From contig BFEA01000038.1 in NCBI GenBank assembly GCA_003427395.1, positions 4,910,135 to 4,974,134 on the forward strand: a stretch of 64,000 nt of DNA. The letters run 5' to 3'. The stretch comes from Chara braunii (lineage: Eukaryota > Plantae > Charophyceae). Shown here piece after piece: positions 47,208-59,800 of the stretch. Positions within the stretch are counted from its first letter, which is position 1. Each line of letters starts with the position of its first letter. Position numbers and translations under genes: made by a program. The notes beneath the pieces are model-generated. The model searched no databases, had not been told where the DNA came from, and saw nothing but the letters and a program-made list of their open reading frames with translations.

Positions 47208-49893
47208 NNNNNNNNNNNNNNNNNNNNNNNNNNNNNNNNNNNNNNNNNNNNNNNNNNNNNNNNNNNNNNNNNNNNNNNNNNNNNNNNNNNNNNNNNNNNN
47301 NNNNNNNNNNNNNNNNNNNNNNNNNNNNNNNNNNNNNNNNNNNNNNNNNNNNNNNNNNNNNNNNNNNNNNNNNNNNNNNNNNNNNNNNNNNNNNNNNNNN
47401 NNNNNNNNNNNNNNNNNNNNNNNNNNNNNNNNNNNNNNNNNNNNNNNNNNNNNNNNNNNNNNNNNNNGTGTCCTTTCCGAGTGTGTGAATGTTCTTGGTC
47501 GCGTCGGAGAAAACTTTCGGAATTTCGTCCGGATACGAATAAGCGTAGGATTTTTCTTTTCCCGCGTCACTCTTTCGTGCGCGGATATGGTGATTTCAAT
47601 TTTTGAATTAGGATAGAAGCAAGCTGTAACTCTTTCGGTGGCTATTTCTTTTTTTTTTTGTTGACGGCACCGCGTATGCATAAGCTTTCTCCCCTCTGTC
47701 CCCTGTATCGCTCCCCCCTCCGCTCCCTTTCCTTCTCCCTCCTCTTTCTCTCTCCCTGTAACTAATTCTTTCTCTCTCCTACCCCTCCCCCGTCTTGCTG
47801 TTTGCACGCCTATTTCCCTTTCTTGATCGTCTGAATCTTGGACCCGTCTTGCGCCACCTGTCGCGCCTTTTCTCTTCTCACCCTCTGAGTCTGACATACA
47901 ACGCCCGGTCAATCCCTCGATAACTCCCGCTCGCCAATCCGGTGCGTGGATCGATAGGACCGTCCTATCGCGCGACGTATCTGATTGGTTGAACCGTGAG
48001 TTCCGAGGGATCGGCATGGCGTTCGTAGAGCACTCTTCTCTAAGTCTTCTCCTCCTGCTTCTCCTCTTACACCTCAGCTTTCCTGTCGCCTTCTCCCCCT
48101 TCTATCTCCCCTGTCGCAACTATAAAACCCGCATGCGCGTCCGCAAATCTCTCTTACGTTCTCGACTCCTAAGCCAGCTTTCGGGAAGCAGTGGCTAGGC
48201 AGAGTGGATTAATGCGAGTCGGAAAGTCCTGTCGGGCTGACAATAGGCTGGCCGGTTGCGCGCTGGATCGCCACAACGGACTGTGGGATCCGGGCGAATC
48301 GTGTCGAGCTTACGACAGCGGGGTGACGATCGCAGTGGTGGGAGTTAGCACGCGACGGTCGGGATCGTCGGTGCGGGTATGAGGTTAAATGATTGAAGAT
48401 GAGTGAGTGATTGGCCCGGGGCCATAGTGGAATTAACGGCGAATGCGCCTTTGCTGCGGATTGTTATCCTTGGTGTGAGCGTGCGGCGGTGACGCCGAAC
48501 TTTTCTCTTTTCGGACCTTGTCATCTCCTATTTTGACTTTCATTCTCTCTCTCCCTCTCTCTCTTTTTGAATGATGATGCGTCTGAATGATTGTCCCTCT
48601 CTTGAGTAGGAATGAGTTGGCATCCTGCTTCTGTGTGAGAGAACTTCTTCCGGAACTCTTCCATTAGTTTCCTGGGTAATCCTCCTTCGCAAGGACCCCG
48701 TCTACTTATCTTGTGAACGGTGGATGCGTGTGTATTGTGCAATGCGATCCATCTTTTCCTGTGCATGTCTCATTTTCGCACCTTCCACAGTGAATGCATG
48801 TATAGAGATGCGTGACTTTTTCGATTTGATTAGACGAGTGTCGTCGTGGTTTTGTTCGAGAATGCAGGAGTTTTAAGATTTGTAGCTCTGTTCGCACTGC
48901 GCATGCCATCTGCCTTATGATGCACGACATCAGCAGCCGAGCCACGAGGCGGCCCTGAGAAACAAGGCGCCCAGGGACCAACGTTGGGTTGAACTGATCG
49001 GACCCGTAGCCATACTGATCTGTGATTGCTTTCTCTCTCTTGCGTCAAAAAGATTGATTGGGGGACGCACGAATCACTTCTGTTCTTAATGACGTCTCAT
49101 GATATTTTGTGATTGATTGACATGTGGACTGACAAGTACCCTTTGATTGGGCGCCAGCCTCCCGTATCTCCCATCCCAACACGACCTTTTCCTTATAGTG
49201 AGGAAAGGACACATATATGTGAGTGGGACGTACAAGAAGCCGTTGCACAAATCGGCGGGCAGTATTACTTCCTTCCGACCAACCATTGTTCAGGGTTCGT
49301 AGAAGCCGGGTTTGTTATTATCGATACGCACTTCCCACCTTACTCGGTATTGTTGCCATTTAACGAGTTAATCGTCATTCTGTGGACGACAGTAGAACCC
49401 CACTGGTCGGGCACTCTGTGCACCGAATGTCATCGTTTTGAGGGCTACGAGTCCAGGGGTTTCCATTACCGTGTGCGGAGTGAAGACGAACATAAAGAAA
49501 GAGTCACGCGACTGAGACCCTCTACGTCAGACTCTGAACTAACCAGCGAACGATGACGGGATTTGATACAAAAACGGGACACGCGAAGTGTGCCCAAGCC
49601 TTTCTGTTCTAAACGATAGGCTGTAGCCCGGTAGGAGGCACGACAATACTTTTTGGATTGAATTTTAGTCCTTCTCTCTTTTTCCTGCCTTGCCCGCACG
49701 AGCATTCAGCGACGCGCGAAACGATCGACTTGCTCCATCGGACCATCACGGGGGATTTCAGTTCCATTTGTGTCTGCACACTCAATTTCCAAAAATCCTT
49801 GGCACACCCCATCTTGCTGTTTTTATGGGCCTCTTTTCCACACAGCTAACACTCCGAACGCAAGACAACATCGGGCGTAAGTTGCGCGTCACA
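47208..49893 (+). repeat. 3' LTR of element A (start inferred inside gap 46768-47467)
   Basis: Homology to the 5' LTR; the start is extrapolated 260 bp upstream of 47468. Confidence 0.85.
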
Positions 49894-50184
49894 CCCCGGA
49901 GTCGTGCGGTCTTTGCACACTCCCCCGCCCTGGATCGCCTGCCCCTCATCAAAACTTCGTGCAGCGCTTCATGAGCCTTCCCCCGCGCCCAATGTTGCTT
50001 AAGCCTTAAGGGATAGGATACTCATCTTTCTCATCTATGTCATTCTCTCGCTGGTCTATGTATGTATAGTAGGTGGAACCCCACCCCAACCAACCGGGAT
50101 CTCTGCCCAGAGAGCCCAAATTGCAGTTTGGGCAATGTATACAGGTTAGATTTATGGTCAGGTGGCGTTGCGTGGGGAGGTGTT

Positions 50185-53100
50185 GTGCTCGATGAATTGC
50201 TACTAGGCATGTACTACCTCGAAGTCCCGCAACCTCAGTTTGACTGGGATAGAAAGGTGTTGATCCACAAATTGCCCAATGGTAGAACTGTTAGATTGCA
50301 GAAGTATAAAGCTTGCAGTCTAATAGAAAACTACGGGTGTATGTGCGCTTCATCCTTCTATAACTACTATAAGCAGAATCGGGAGGAGGGCATGTATCTA
50401 GTCTTTGTCTCTAAGAAAGGGGAGTCCGTTAAATCACCCCCAGAGATAGAAAGAGTCGTCGCACAATATTCATGCCTTTTTTAGGAGCCCACGGGCGTGG
50501 TGGAAAGGGAGGTTGTACATGCGATAGAGGTTGTCCCAGGTAGCAAGGTGCCTAGAGGACGAATCAGTTAGGATGTCTCCCGTAGAGTTAGATGAGTTTC
50601 ACCGCCAGCTCAAGGAGCTCACAGAGAAGGGATGGATACGGCCTAGTACCTCCCCTTACGACGCTGTAGTGCTATTTTTACCGAAGAAGGGAGGTACCCT
50701 AAGGATGTGCATGGACTATAGGGGTCTCAATGCCATCACTGTGAAGAACGCAGAGACCCTACCCCGCATCGACGACCTATTAGATAGAGTGCAGGGATGC
50801 CGGTACTTTACTGAGATAGATTTAAAGTTCGGATACCATCAAATTGCAATTAGACCTGAGGACCAGCACAAAACCGCTTTTCAGACCAGGTACGGTCTGT
50901 ACGAGTTTGTGGTGATGCCCTTTGGCCTATGCAATGCACCTGGGACGTTCCAGCACGCAATGAACCGGATTTTTCATGATAACCTAGACAAGTTTATCGT
51001 CATGTACCTCGACGATATCCTTATCTTTAGTAAGATTGCAGAGGAGCACGCCGAGCACTTGAATACAGTGCCAAGTCTCCTAAGACAACACCAGTACAAG
51101 ATTATCTTGGAAAAATACGAGTTCGGCCGCACCAAGATCTTGTATCTAGGTCATGAAATCTCAGCAGATGGGTTGAGGCTGGAAGATGCAAAGGTGGCCA
51201 GCATACGTGACTGGCCTAGACCTCAGACCGTTACTGAGGTGAGATCGTTTTTGGGGATCACAGGCTATTATCATCCTTTCGTCAAAAACTATAGTACGGT
51301 AGCCTCCCCATTAACAGATTTAACTCGACTTGACACCCCTTGGGAGTGGACTGAAGAGTGTGAGGCAAACTTCAAGAAATTGAAGTATGCTCTTACACAC
51401 TATGAAGTTCTCAAACTTCCTGATCCAGACAAGCCGTTTGTTGTGACCACAGACGCTAAACAATATGGCATAGGTGCGGTCCTAGCGCAACAGGAGGGGC
51501 CAAAGTTCAGATTGGTCGAGTACATGAGTAAAAAGATGCCTTCTCAAAAGTTAGCTAAGTCCACTTATGAGAGAGAGCTCTACGCCCTGTACAGAGTACT
51601 AGTTCATTGGAAACATTACCTCCTAGGAAGATTCTTCTATATGAGGTCTGACCATGAGACTTTGCGTTGGATTAAGACACAACCTGTATTGTCAAACGCA
51701 CTCAAGAGAAGTGATAGACATGTATGACTATCAACTTGATCCTATCAAGGGTACGTACAACAAAGTGGTTGATGCGCTATCAAGAAGGGCATATTATTTG
51801 GGCGCGCTAGTCACTGAGTTCGACATATCTGATGACCTCACTCGATCGCTGATGGAAGCCTATCAGGGAGATCCACTTATGTCAGAGATCATCCGTAGAT
51901 TCCAAGCAAAGGACAAAAGGACTTTGGACGAATTTACGATGGTAGATGGTTTGCTGTTTCTCGAGAAGGCAGGGAATAAAAGACTATGTGCTGCTAATAG
52001 TGAGTCTTTGCATAGTTTATTTTTAGGAGAATGTCATGATGCAACTGGTCATTTTGGCTATAGAAAGACATCAACGAACTTCGTGCATAGATTTTGGTGG
52101 CCTTCTATGATGGAAGATGTGAAACGTTATGTTGAAACATGCTAAGTTTGTCAAAGGGACAAACCTAGGACTCAGGCACCGCTTGGGCTCATCAAGCCCT
52201 TACCGATTCCTGAAGGTCCTGGTTAGAGAGTGTCCATGGACTTCATGGATACTCTTGTCACCAGTAAGTCCGACAAAAGGCACATCTTTGTAACAGTGGA
52301 CCGCTTTACCAAGTATGCAAGACTAATCGCTATGCCAGAAAGTTAGAAACTGTTAAGTCTGACTTTGTCATCAAACTATTCATGGACAACTTGGTAAGGG
52401 ACTTCGGTTTACCTACGTCTATCATTAGTGATGGGAATGTAAGGTTCACAAGTGAACTGTGGCAGTCTGCTGCCGAACAACTGAGCACAAAACTCCAAAT
52501 GATGTCAGGGAATCACCCTGAGTCAAATGGTGAGGCGGAACAGATAAACCGGGTAGTGCAACACCTGCTTCGGCATTATATTAAGCCAAGTCAGGATGAT
52601 TGGGACGAGAAGTTACCTCTCGTCGCTAGCCTGTGCAACAATGTTGCACACAGTACCACTGGTATAACCCCCAACCAGCTACATCTTGGTTGGAGACCCA
52701 GATCTGCACTTAGACTTTCTGCTACTAGAAAGACAACCCACAGCAACACCTGGCAGCATAGCGTTTGCTGTCAAGTATGAACAGATGCTGCCGCAGGTCG
52801 TTGAACATATTAGGAAATCTCAAGAAGCAATGATTGCATCCGAGAATAGACATAGACAACCTTCTAACTTTCAGGTAGGCGAGAGAGTCTGGGTTAAGTC
52901 TGTTGAGCTTGGTCAGGAGTTAGGCATATCCCGCAAGTTAATGGCACAATACTTTGGGTCTTGGGAGATCTTAGATATTGTAGGAAATCAACCAGATGGT
53001 CCTTCATACGTAATCCGCATCCCACCTCATTTGCGTACCTACCCTATGTTCCATGCCTCTAAGTTAGCACCCTTCGCTGCTGCTGAGAAGTTTCCCTCCA

Positions 53101-53357
53101 GAAGATCAATGCTGCCCCCAACCATGGATGGCGAAGTGAACATTGACCAGATCGTCCAGCATCGAGTGATGTCTGTTCCTCGACCATCAGGTAGAGGGCA
53201 ACCTCCTAAGCCGAGAATGCAGTATCGTGTGAGCTTCAGACATCATCTCGATCCTAAAGAAGACCGATGGTTCACACGAGAAAAACTCATGAGAAGAGCA
53301 CCTCAAGTGATTGTAGGCTATGAAAGATCACTCAAAGGGAAAATGCCTTCAGAATAA
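50185..53357 (+). mobile_element. pol: 5'-truncated chromodomain-bearing Ty3/Gypsy pol (element B)
   Basis: Protease tail LLGM; RT LRMCMDYRGLN and YLDD; RNase H TDAKQYGIGAVL; integrase HDATGH, SMDF, SNGEAE; chromodomain-like IDQIVQHR...QYRVSF...EDRW. Confidence 0.92.
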
Positions 53358-53378
53358 GAGACTTCTTAGAGGACCTAC

Positions 53379-53397
53379 AAAGTAAAGGAGGAGGGAA
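53379..53397 (+). promoter_or_regulatory. Polypurine tract of element B, followed by TG (putative 3' LTR start at 53398)
   Basis: aaagtaaaggaggagggaa|tg about 20 bp after the pol stop; also present at 23711-23729. Confidence 0.7.
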
Positions 53398-56149
53398 TGC
53401 GAGGATCTGGGTCCTCGGCAGGCCTATGGGGCCCTGTATGCAGCATTGCCTGCCCTAAGGGAAGGCGGAGGTGCCCGCCCTAAGTGAAGGCGGGCCTAAC
53501 AAATCACCTGAGGCCCTCGACTGTCAATTTCATATTTGGGGTCCAGGCATTTGCGACGCGCTTGTTGGTTGAGAGAAACTTAGGCCGTGCTACACAGACA
53601 TTTCCACGGCCTTCCGGGCCTTTCCAAGGAATGCAGGCCCTGGGCGTGATTCGCAGCCTCATAAAGAGACAATTGGGCGCCCAACTGAACGAGGCCTAGC
53701 AGCCCAGTAGCTACTGCATTCAGGCAGCCTCCTGGGGCCTTCCGAAAGCTTCTGGGCCCAGGCCAGTCCAGCCAAGATGCGCGAGCAGGCCGGCTCTTTC
53801 CATAAAGGAAAGAGCTCTCCCCCTGGCAGCCTCATTCAGGCCCTCGCATATTAACGACAGCGCTGCTGGAGCAAAGGCTCGCAGTTGCTGGCTGGCGTTG
53901 AGAGGCGAGGTGCAGCATGTGCGGTCGTGCAGGGAAGAAGGGCGCTGCTGAGGGCAGCGCCATATCCCAGCCACCATAGCTGGTGGGCTTGGACTACAGT
54001 GAGGTTTAGGGTGGTCTTCGGGTGAAACGGAGGACAGACGTGGGTGTAAAGTCAGGGGATAGGTGAAGGATGATGATGATGATGATGTGAGGGCACTTAC
54101 CTTGTATTAGCGGTGGTGTGCATGGGCGACATCTTCAAGTACTTCGGGTTGCTGCTGATGTCAACGGTTGCATTGTCAAGTAGGTTGTAGTAGCTGTGCT
54201 AGGAGTAGGCTGAGCGCCAAGTAGGAGTGTGAAGGGACTAGACTCTTGTGTTGAAGAGGAGAGAGTATGCTCTCCGTGACATTGGTTTTCAGTACTATAA
54301 ACCTCCATTGGTGTACTATTGGTGCAATGGTGTTCTCTGGACACAGTGTGACTATCTGGATTTCAATGTGATGGTGTAATCTGGAATTGTCATCTCGCTG
54401 TTGCTTATTTTTCTTGCAGATGCGAGTATTCGCAGTTTGGAAAATAATACCTGCAGGAGGGATTTCCCGCACCGTTTTAAAAAAAATGAATTTCGAAAAA
54501 GAAGATATTCCGAATTTCTAAATAACGGGAAATGCAATAGGAAATCGAATTTTTTTTTAAAGAAAAATATTTCGTATTTTCAATAACGAAATTTCGAATT
54601 TTAAGAGGAGAAACGAAAATGGAAATTTAAGATATTGCGCTATTACGATTTTCTACAACAGAAATAGCGAGAAAATAAAATCCAAGGAAAGGAAAAATTT
54701 TGGATTTTCGGCAGTAAGGTCAAAATCGTGATTTTGGGTGCTAACTAGTGTGCTCTAATCAATCAATAAAGACTAATTGGCTACCTAGTCCCCGCACACG
54801 TGTCAGATCAGATTGTCCTGATTCATGTGCGGCGTTCTGATACCAACTGTTACATGCCCAGTTGGGCGATGTACATAGAAACCGAGGATCTGCAATGTGA
54901 TAAAAAGGAATGAATGCACAATGAAGTGCAAGTAGAATCTCAACGAGCAATGTGCATTCTAATACATACAAAATGGTGCTGAATAGCGCATGGAAGACTT
55001 AGATACAAATCCTGACCTGACCGCGACTGACCTCATTCACGTAGTACAAGATAGCGAAGCAGAATGCTAGAATATTCATGACTAGCCCAATCAATGTTTC
55101 ATCGTAGACCAAACATACATCATGCTCATCACACGGTGTGAAGGAGCCTGGCGCTGTACACAGGAAGGAAGCGCCAGATCCAGACATACACAGACGAAGA
55201 GGAGGGGATCAGAAGAAGAGGAGAGGGAGAGATCGGAATGCCGTCAAACACCAAGTCCTTGTCACAAGCCCCAAATAATCCCTTGTTGCAATGTCTAAAG
55301 CCCAAAAGTTAAGTCTGGATTCAATGTCGCCAAACTCTCTCTCTCTTCTCTCGTAGTCTGTTGATGCAGTGAAGTCAGATGATGAGAGGGTGAGAGGGAG
55401 ATGGTGGACTGACAAGANGAANAAGAGGAACTCTCTCTCTCTATTACGAGCCAGAAACTAGCCTGTGAGGTTGGCGCTGTGCTGCAGGTACCTCGAAGAC
55501 GAAGCTGGAGCAATGGCGCTGCAGGTACGTACCTCTAGCCTCCGCCCAATCTCTCCCTCTCTCTAGGGCTATCCTAGCTATGGCGCCCAGCGCTGAAGAC
55601 TACAGCTACCTACTACGCCCAACGCTGAAGACTAAGGCTAACACTACTACTACTCCTGCAACGCTCCCTTTAGAGTGCTGTTGCGGAAACCTGAAGACCA
55701 CTGCCTCATGCCTTCCCGTGAAGTGCAGGGGAAGTCCCTATGTACTTCCTCGGCCTGCCTCCTGACTGCCTTAAGGGCAAGCCAGGCCGAGGAGGCTGCT
55801 TTTGCCAATGCCGAAGTGTGCCAGGGGCTGGCGCTGCAGCATCTGCTGAGGCTGGCGTGGGAGCAGGCTAAGAAAAACCCTGGTTCGGTGCTTGAGTTTC
55901 AGGGCCGGTCGTTCTGATGAACGATTTAAAATGGCCCTTCGTTTCAGGCTAAAAAGGCTATTGTCATTTTTATTCTGAAACGACACAGGGACTGTTGGCC
56001 CCTGTTTTCAGGCTTTCGGGCTGAACAGTCACGGGGCCTGTAGGCCCTGGTTTTTAGGCTTTCGGGCTGAACAGTCACGGGGCCTGTAGGCCCTGGTTTT
56101 TAGGCTTTTAGCCTGAATTTCAGGCTTTCAGCCTGAAGGAAGCAGGGCC

Positions 56150-56827
56150 TGGAAAATGATCCTCGTATGCAGGCGAGGCATGTAACAAAGGCCACTCCGG
56201 AATGTGGTGTGTGCCCAGACTTGGATGGAAGACATCCAGCACTTGGTGGTGCATTGTGACCTCTACAGACCTTTTTGGGATTGATGGAGACAGTCGGATG
56301 CTCCGCTCCCTGCTCCGGATTCCTGCTGGGAAGATGAAGGAACGACTGTCAGGAGAACGACTCCACAGACACAAATTGCTCATGCGGAAAAGACTATCAG
56401 AGGAGCCATTTTGTGTACTCTTTGGAACCTTAGAAACGCAAGGTTGGGAAAGAATGAGCATTTAACTCCGCCGATGGTTAGAGCTGAAATCAAATATGCA
56501 ATCAAACAAGCTATATCGGCAGACTGGGAGTATCGGGTTTAGAAAAAAGGATTTTCGGCCAAGTTTGTCAATTTGTCAAATTGTTTGGAAACAGATGGGG
56601 TAACTTCTCGGGCTTGGTTACTGCAGACACGGCTCAGGATGGTACACTCGTGATGCGGTTTTCAAATTTCTTTGTTTAGCTTTCTTGTTGAAGTTTGGAT
56701 GATTGATCGGTAGCTAGACTAATGAATCTGTTGGATTGTATTTCAATTGTGGCCGGGATGGGATTCGCTGGGAGTGCCTTACCCAGCCTATAAGGCCACA
56801 GTACAGATGTAAAGGACGCCGGACCCG
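56150..56827 (+). mobile_element. 3' LINE fragment, copy 2
   Basis: Homologous to 26440-27130, with deletions. Confidence 0.65.
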
Positions 56828-56858
<31 letters not shown>

Positions 56859-59800
56859 TAGCCATCCAATCATTATATTCCAAAAAGCATGTCGAGGTCA
56901 GGGACCTCACAATTCAACCTGGTGTTATCCCGACAGCATCAGCCGGTTTAGCTTAGGGTGCTTAACCTTGCTAACTGTAACACTCCTTCTTAAGAATTGC
57001 AACTTCTACCAATCTGAATATCCTGATCTCAATCATGTTTAGTCCAGAATCAATGTTTCCAAAACGGGCAATGTAAGAACTACTTGTGTGAGATTTAATC
57101 TACTGCTAGTCTACCTTACAGCCCTAGCCTACGAAGTAGTCGGTCCACAGCGACCGGAAGTATCGAGGCGCTCTCCACCTGAACTAACTCAGCACCCCCT
57201 TCTAGGCTTTAAACAGCCTCCGACCCTGTCTAATTAGGCAGGTTGGAACTTGTTGTTCCAAGTAGCCAAGTCCCCCTCCCTGTGCGGTCTACTACGGCCG
57301 CCCACTGGAACCGAGTGCCCTAGTTCACAAGCTTCCCCATCTAACTATTACCAATCCATTGGCACAGTACCAACTTCCCCTACGGGGAGATATGTGATAA
57401 ATTGTTCCTCTGACACTAGGTTTCCCTGAACCAGGCTAAGCCTGTGCCTTGGTCGCACTGCCTCACCCTGCGTGCCCAGTTCACTTTGATTGATGTGGCG
57501 AGCATTGCTTTAAACGTGGCTTCAGCTTGAATCTCATTCAAGCTTACACCTTGAAACCGCAAGCTATTCCTGTCAGACCAGATCAGCCACATCATAATAA
57601 CCCGACCCACCTTAGCTATATACCCCCATCCTTCCGTAGTACAAGTACCAACTGGGACAGCCCCCTGAAAAATCCATCTCTGTCCAAACAGACCCTCTTG
57701 TCCTTTGAAGCGTTTCCAGTGCATTTCCCACCACCTCCACCACTTCCTGGATCTTGGGCAGTCCCACCACAAGTGGCTCCATGTCTCCTCCCCTCCTTTG
57801 CATCTGTCATAACGCTTGTTGACCGCCATTCCCCTCTCTGCTAACCAAGTAGCCGTTGGTACTTCTAAGTGGGATTCAAGCCACAACAAGGAAGCCAGTT
57901 TTTAAGACAAGATTATTTGTAGCTGAGCCCAGAGCCTGGTTAGTTCCTGTTCTGAAGGCGGGCTTATCTCTAAAGACTCCCTGGCCCATCGCTGACCAAT
58001 ATTCCTGTGCCCAGGAGCGAAATGGAGCTTTTTTGAATGATGACCTTCGGATTGAGACTATCCAAGCCTGATACCTTCTCATCTCCCTGTTGCCAGTCCC
58101 AAGCTGCTGGGTCAATTCTCAAACACCTCAACGGTGTTCCATTTGCGGCCAACTGGGGTATCGCTGGTAGGCCCTCCTGAGGAGGCGGCCTTATTCTCAC
58201 CCTTACCTCTGTGAGCCTTCTCAGACCATACTGAAAGTGCATGCCTTCTCGACTAAGAGTAGGTTGACCGGTGGGTTTTGTCTGTAAGTTTCCGGCCAAC
58301 ATCGGTCTGGAAACTCCTCAGACCAGCTTTCCAGTCTGCAATACCACCCGGGCTCTTCTGACTCCCTGTGGAACCAAGTCCCTAGGGGGTCAATTCCCTC
58401 TGGGCCAAGGATATTAATCCACTCTGTGGGAATAGCAGCCCTCAAGCTTTCCACTCGCTCCTCTTGCAGAGGCAGTTGGCCGAGCACCTCCTTGATCTCT
58501 GACTTTTGTTTCCACCGATTTGTATTGTCGTCCCACAGATCCCCCACCTACATATCCCTCTTCGCAGCCAACTCAGACCGAACTCCCCTGGTCTCTTCTC
58601 CAGAGTAGGGCTGACCCTCTCCATTCACAATCCACTCATTATCAAAGAGCTGTTGACATCTCACCTCATTCTCAGACCTTGGTGGTAACCGAAGCGAAGG
58701 TTGAGCCTTCCTCCACGCTCCCAACACCTCACGCCAGAACTTCGAGGACAAGCGCTTGCGTGTGAAAGACTCCGACATAAAGGCTACCCAAAGATCCAAG
58801 GGCCTCGCGAAATTCCATTCTTTTACCAAACAGCACTCCGCCAGCAGCACCCAATCTGTTTCCTGATCCGCCTCCGCCACTTTGACCACCCACTTGGCCA
58901 GCAGGTAAGTGTTCTGTGCGGCCGGGTCCAACAGAGAGAGGCCCCCTTCCGTCCTTGAAGAGCAGGTCCTGTCCCATGCCACTTTGCAAATAAAGCCCTC
59001 CTCGTCTGTGCTGTCAGGTTTCCAAATAAACCTCTTGGCCACTTCCTTGATTGATTTAAGAACCGGTGGGGACAATCTCGTGACGGTAGCCACATACCAC
59101 AGCAGGGAGAAGGCCGAGACCGTAACAACCAGCGCTCGACCTATGAGGGATAAATGAAACGCCTTGCCCCAGCCGCGAACACGCTTTTCACCTTCGTGGC
59201 CAGGATCAGTTCTTGCGAAGAAGTGCAGTCACCTAGCGCCACATGTACCCCAAGGAATCGTTCAGCAGTGTCCGCCGGTACCCTCTTCATTCCCCACTGC
59301 ACCGACAACTGAAACTGTTTTGGGAGAAAGAAGGTCGACTTGTTCCATTTGACTGCAGCCTCGGAGAACTCGGCGAAGTCAGTCAGGCATTGCTTGAGAG
59401 CTTCTATAGAGGGAGTCATGTTGACCGATATTGCAAAGAGATTAGCGGTCAGCGCTTTAACTCTGCTCTCCCGCCCATTTAACATGCTGAGACCCACAAA
59501 GTTCGGATGACACCTATGTTACATAGCAGGGGCTCCAGATGCAGAACAAAAAGGAGCGGGGCTAGGGGGCAGCCCTGTCGCAGTGACCTTGACAACTTAA
59601 AGTCCTTGGAGATTACCCCATTGACGCATACCACTGCCAATGAAAACCCATATCACGCTTTTACCCATTTGCAGAAGGGGTCATCGAACCCTGCAACTCT
59701 TAGGGTCATCAGGACAAAAGTCGAGTTTACCCTGTCATAGGCTTTCTCTAGGTCCAACAGTAAAGCGGCCATATATTAGTCCTCCCTGTCAATAAGCTCC

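Larger units (their letters stand above)
35591..49893 (+). mobile_element. Full-length Ty3/Gypsy LTR retrotransposon (element A), decayed
   Basis: Termini TGTGAC...GTCACA, CCCC on both flanks, two ~2.7-kb LTRs, tRNA-Met PBS, domain order gag-PR-RT-RH-INT. Confidence 0.92.
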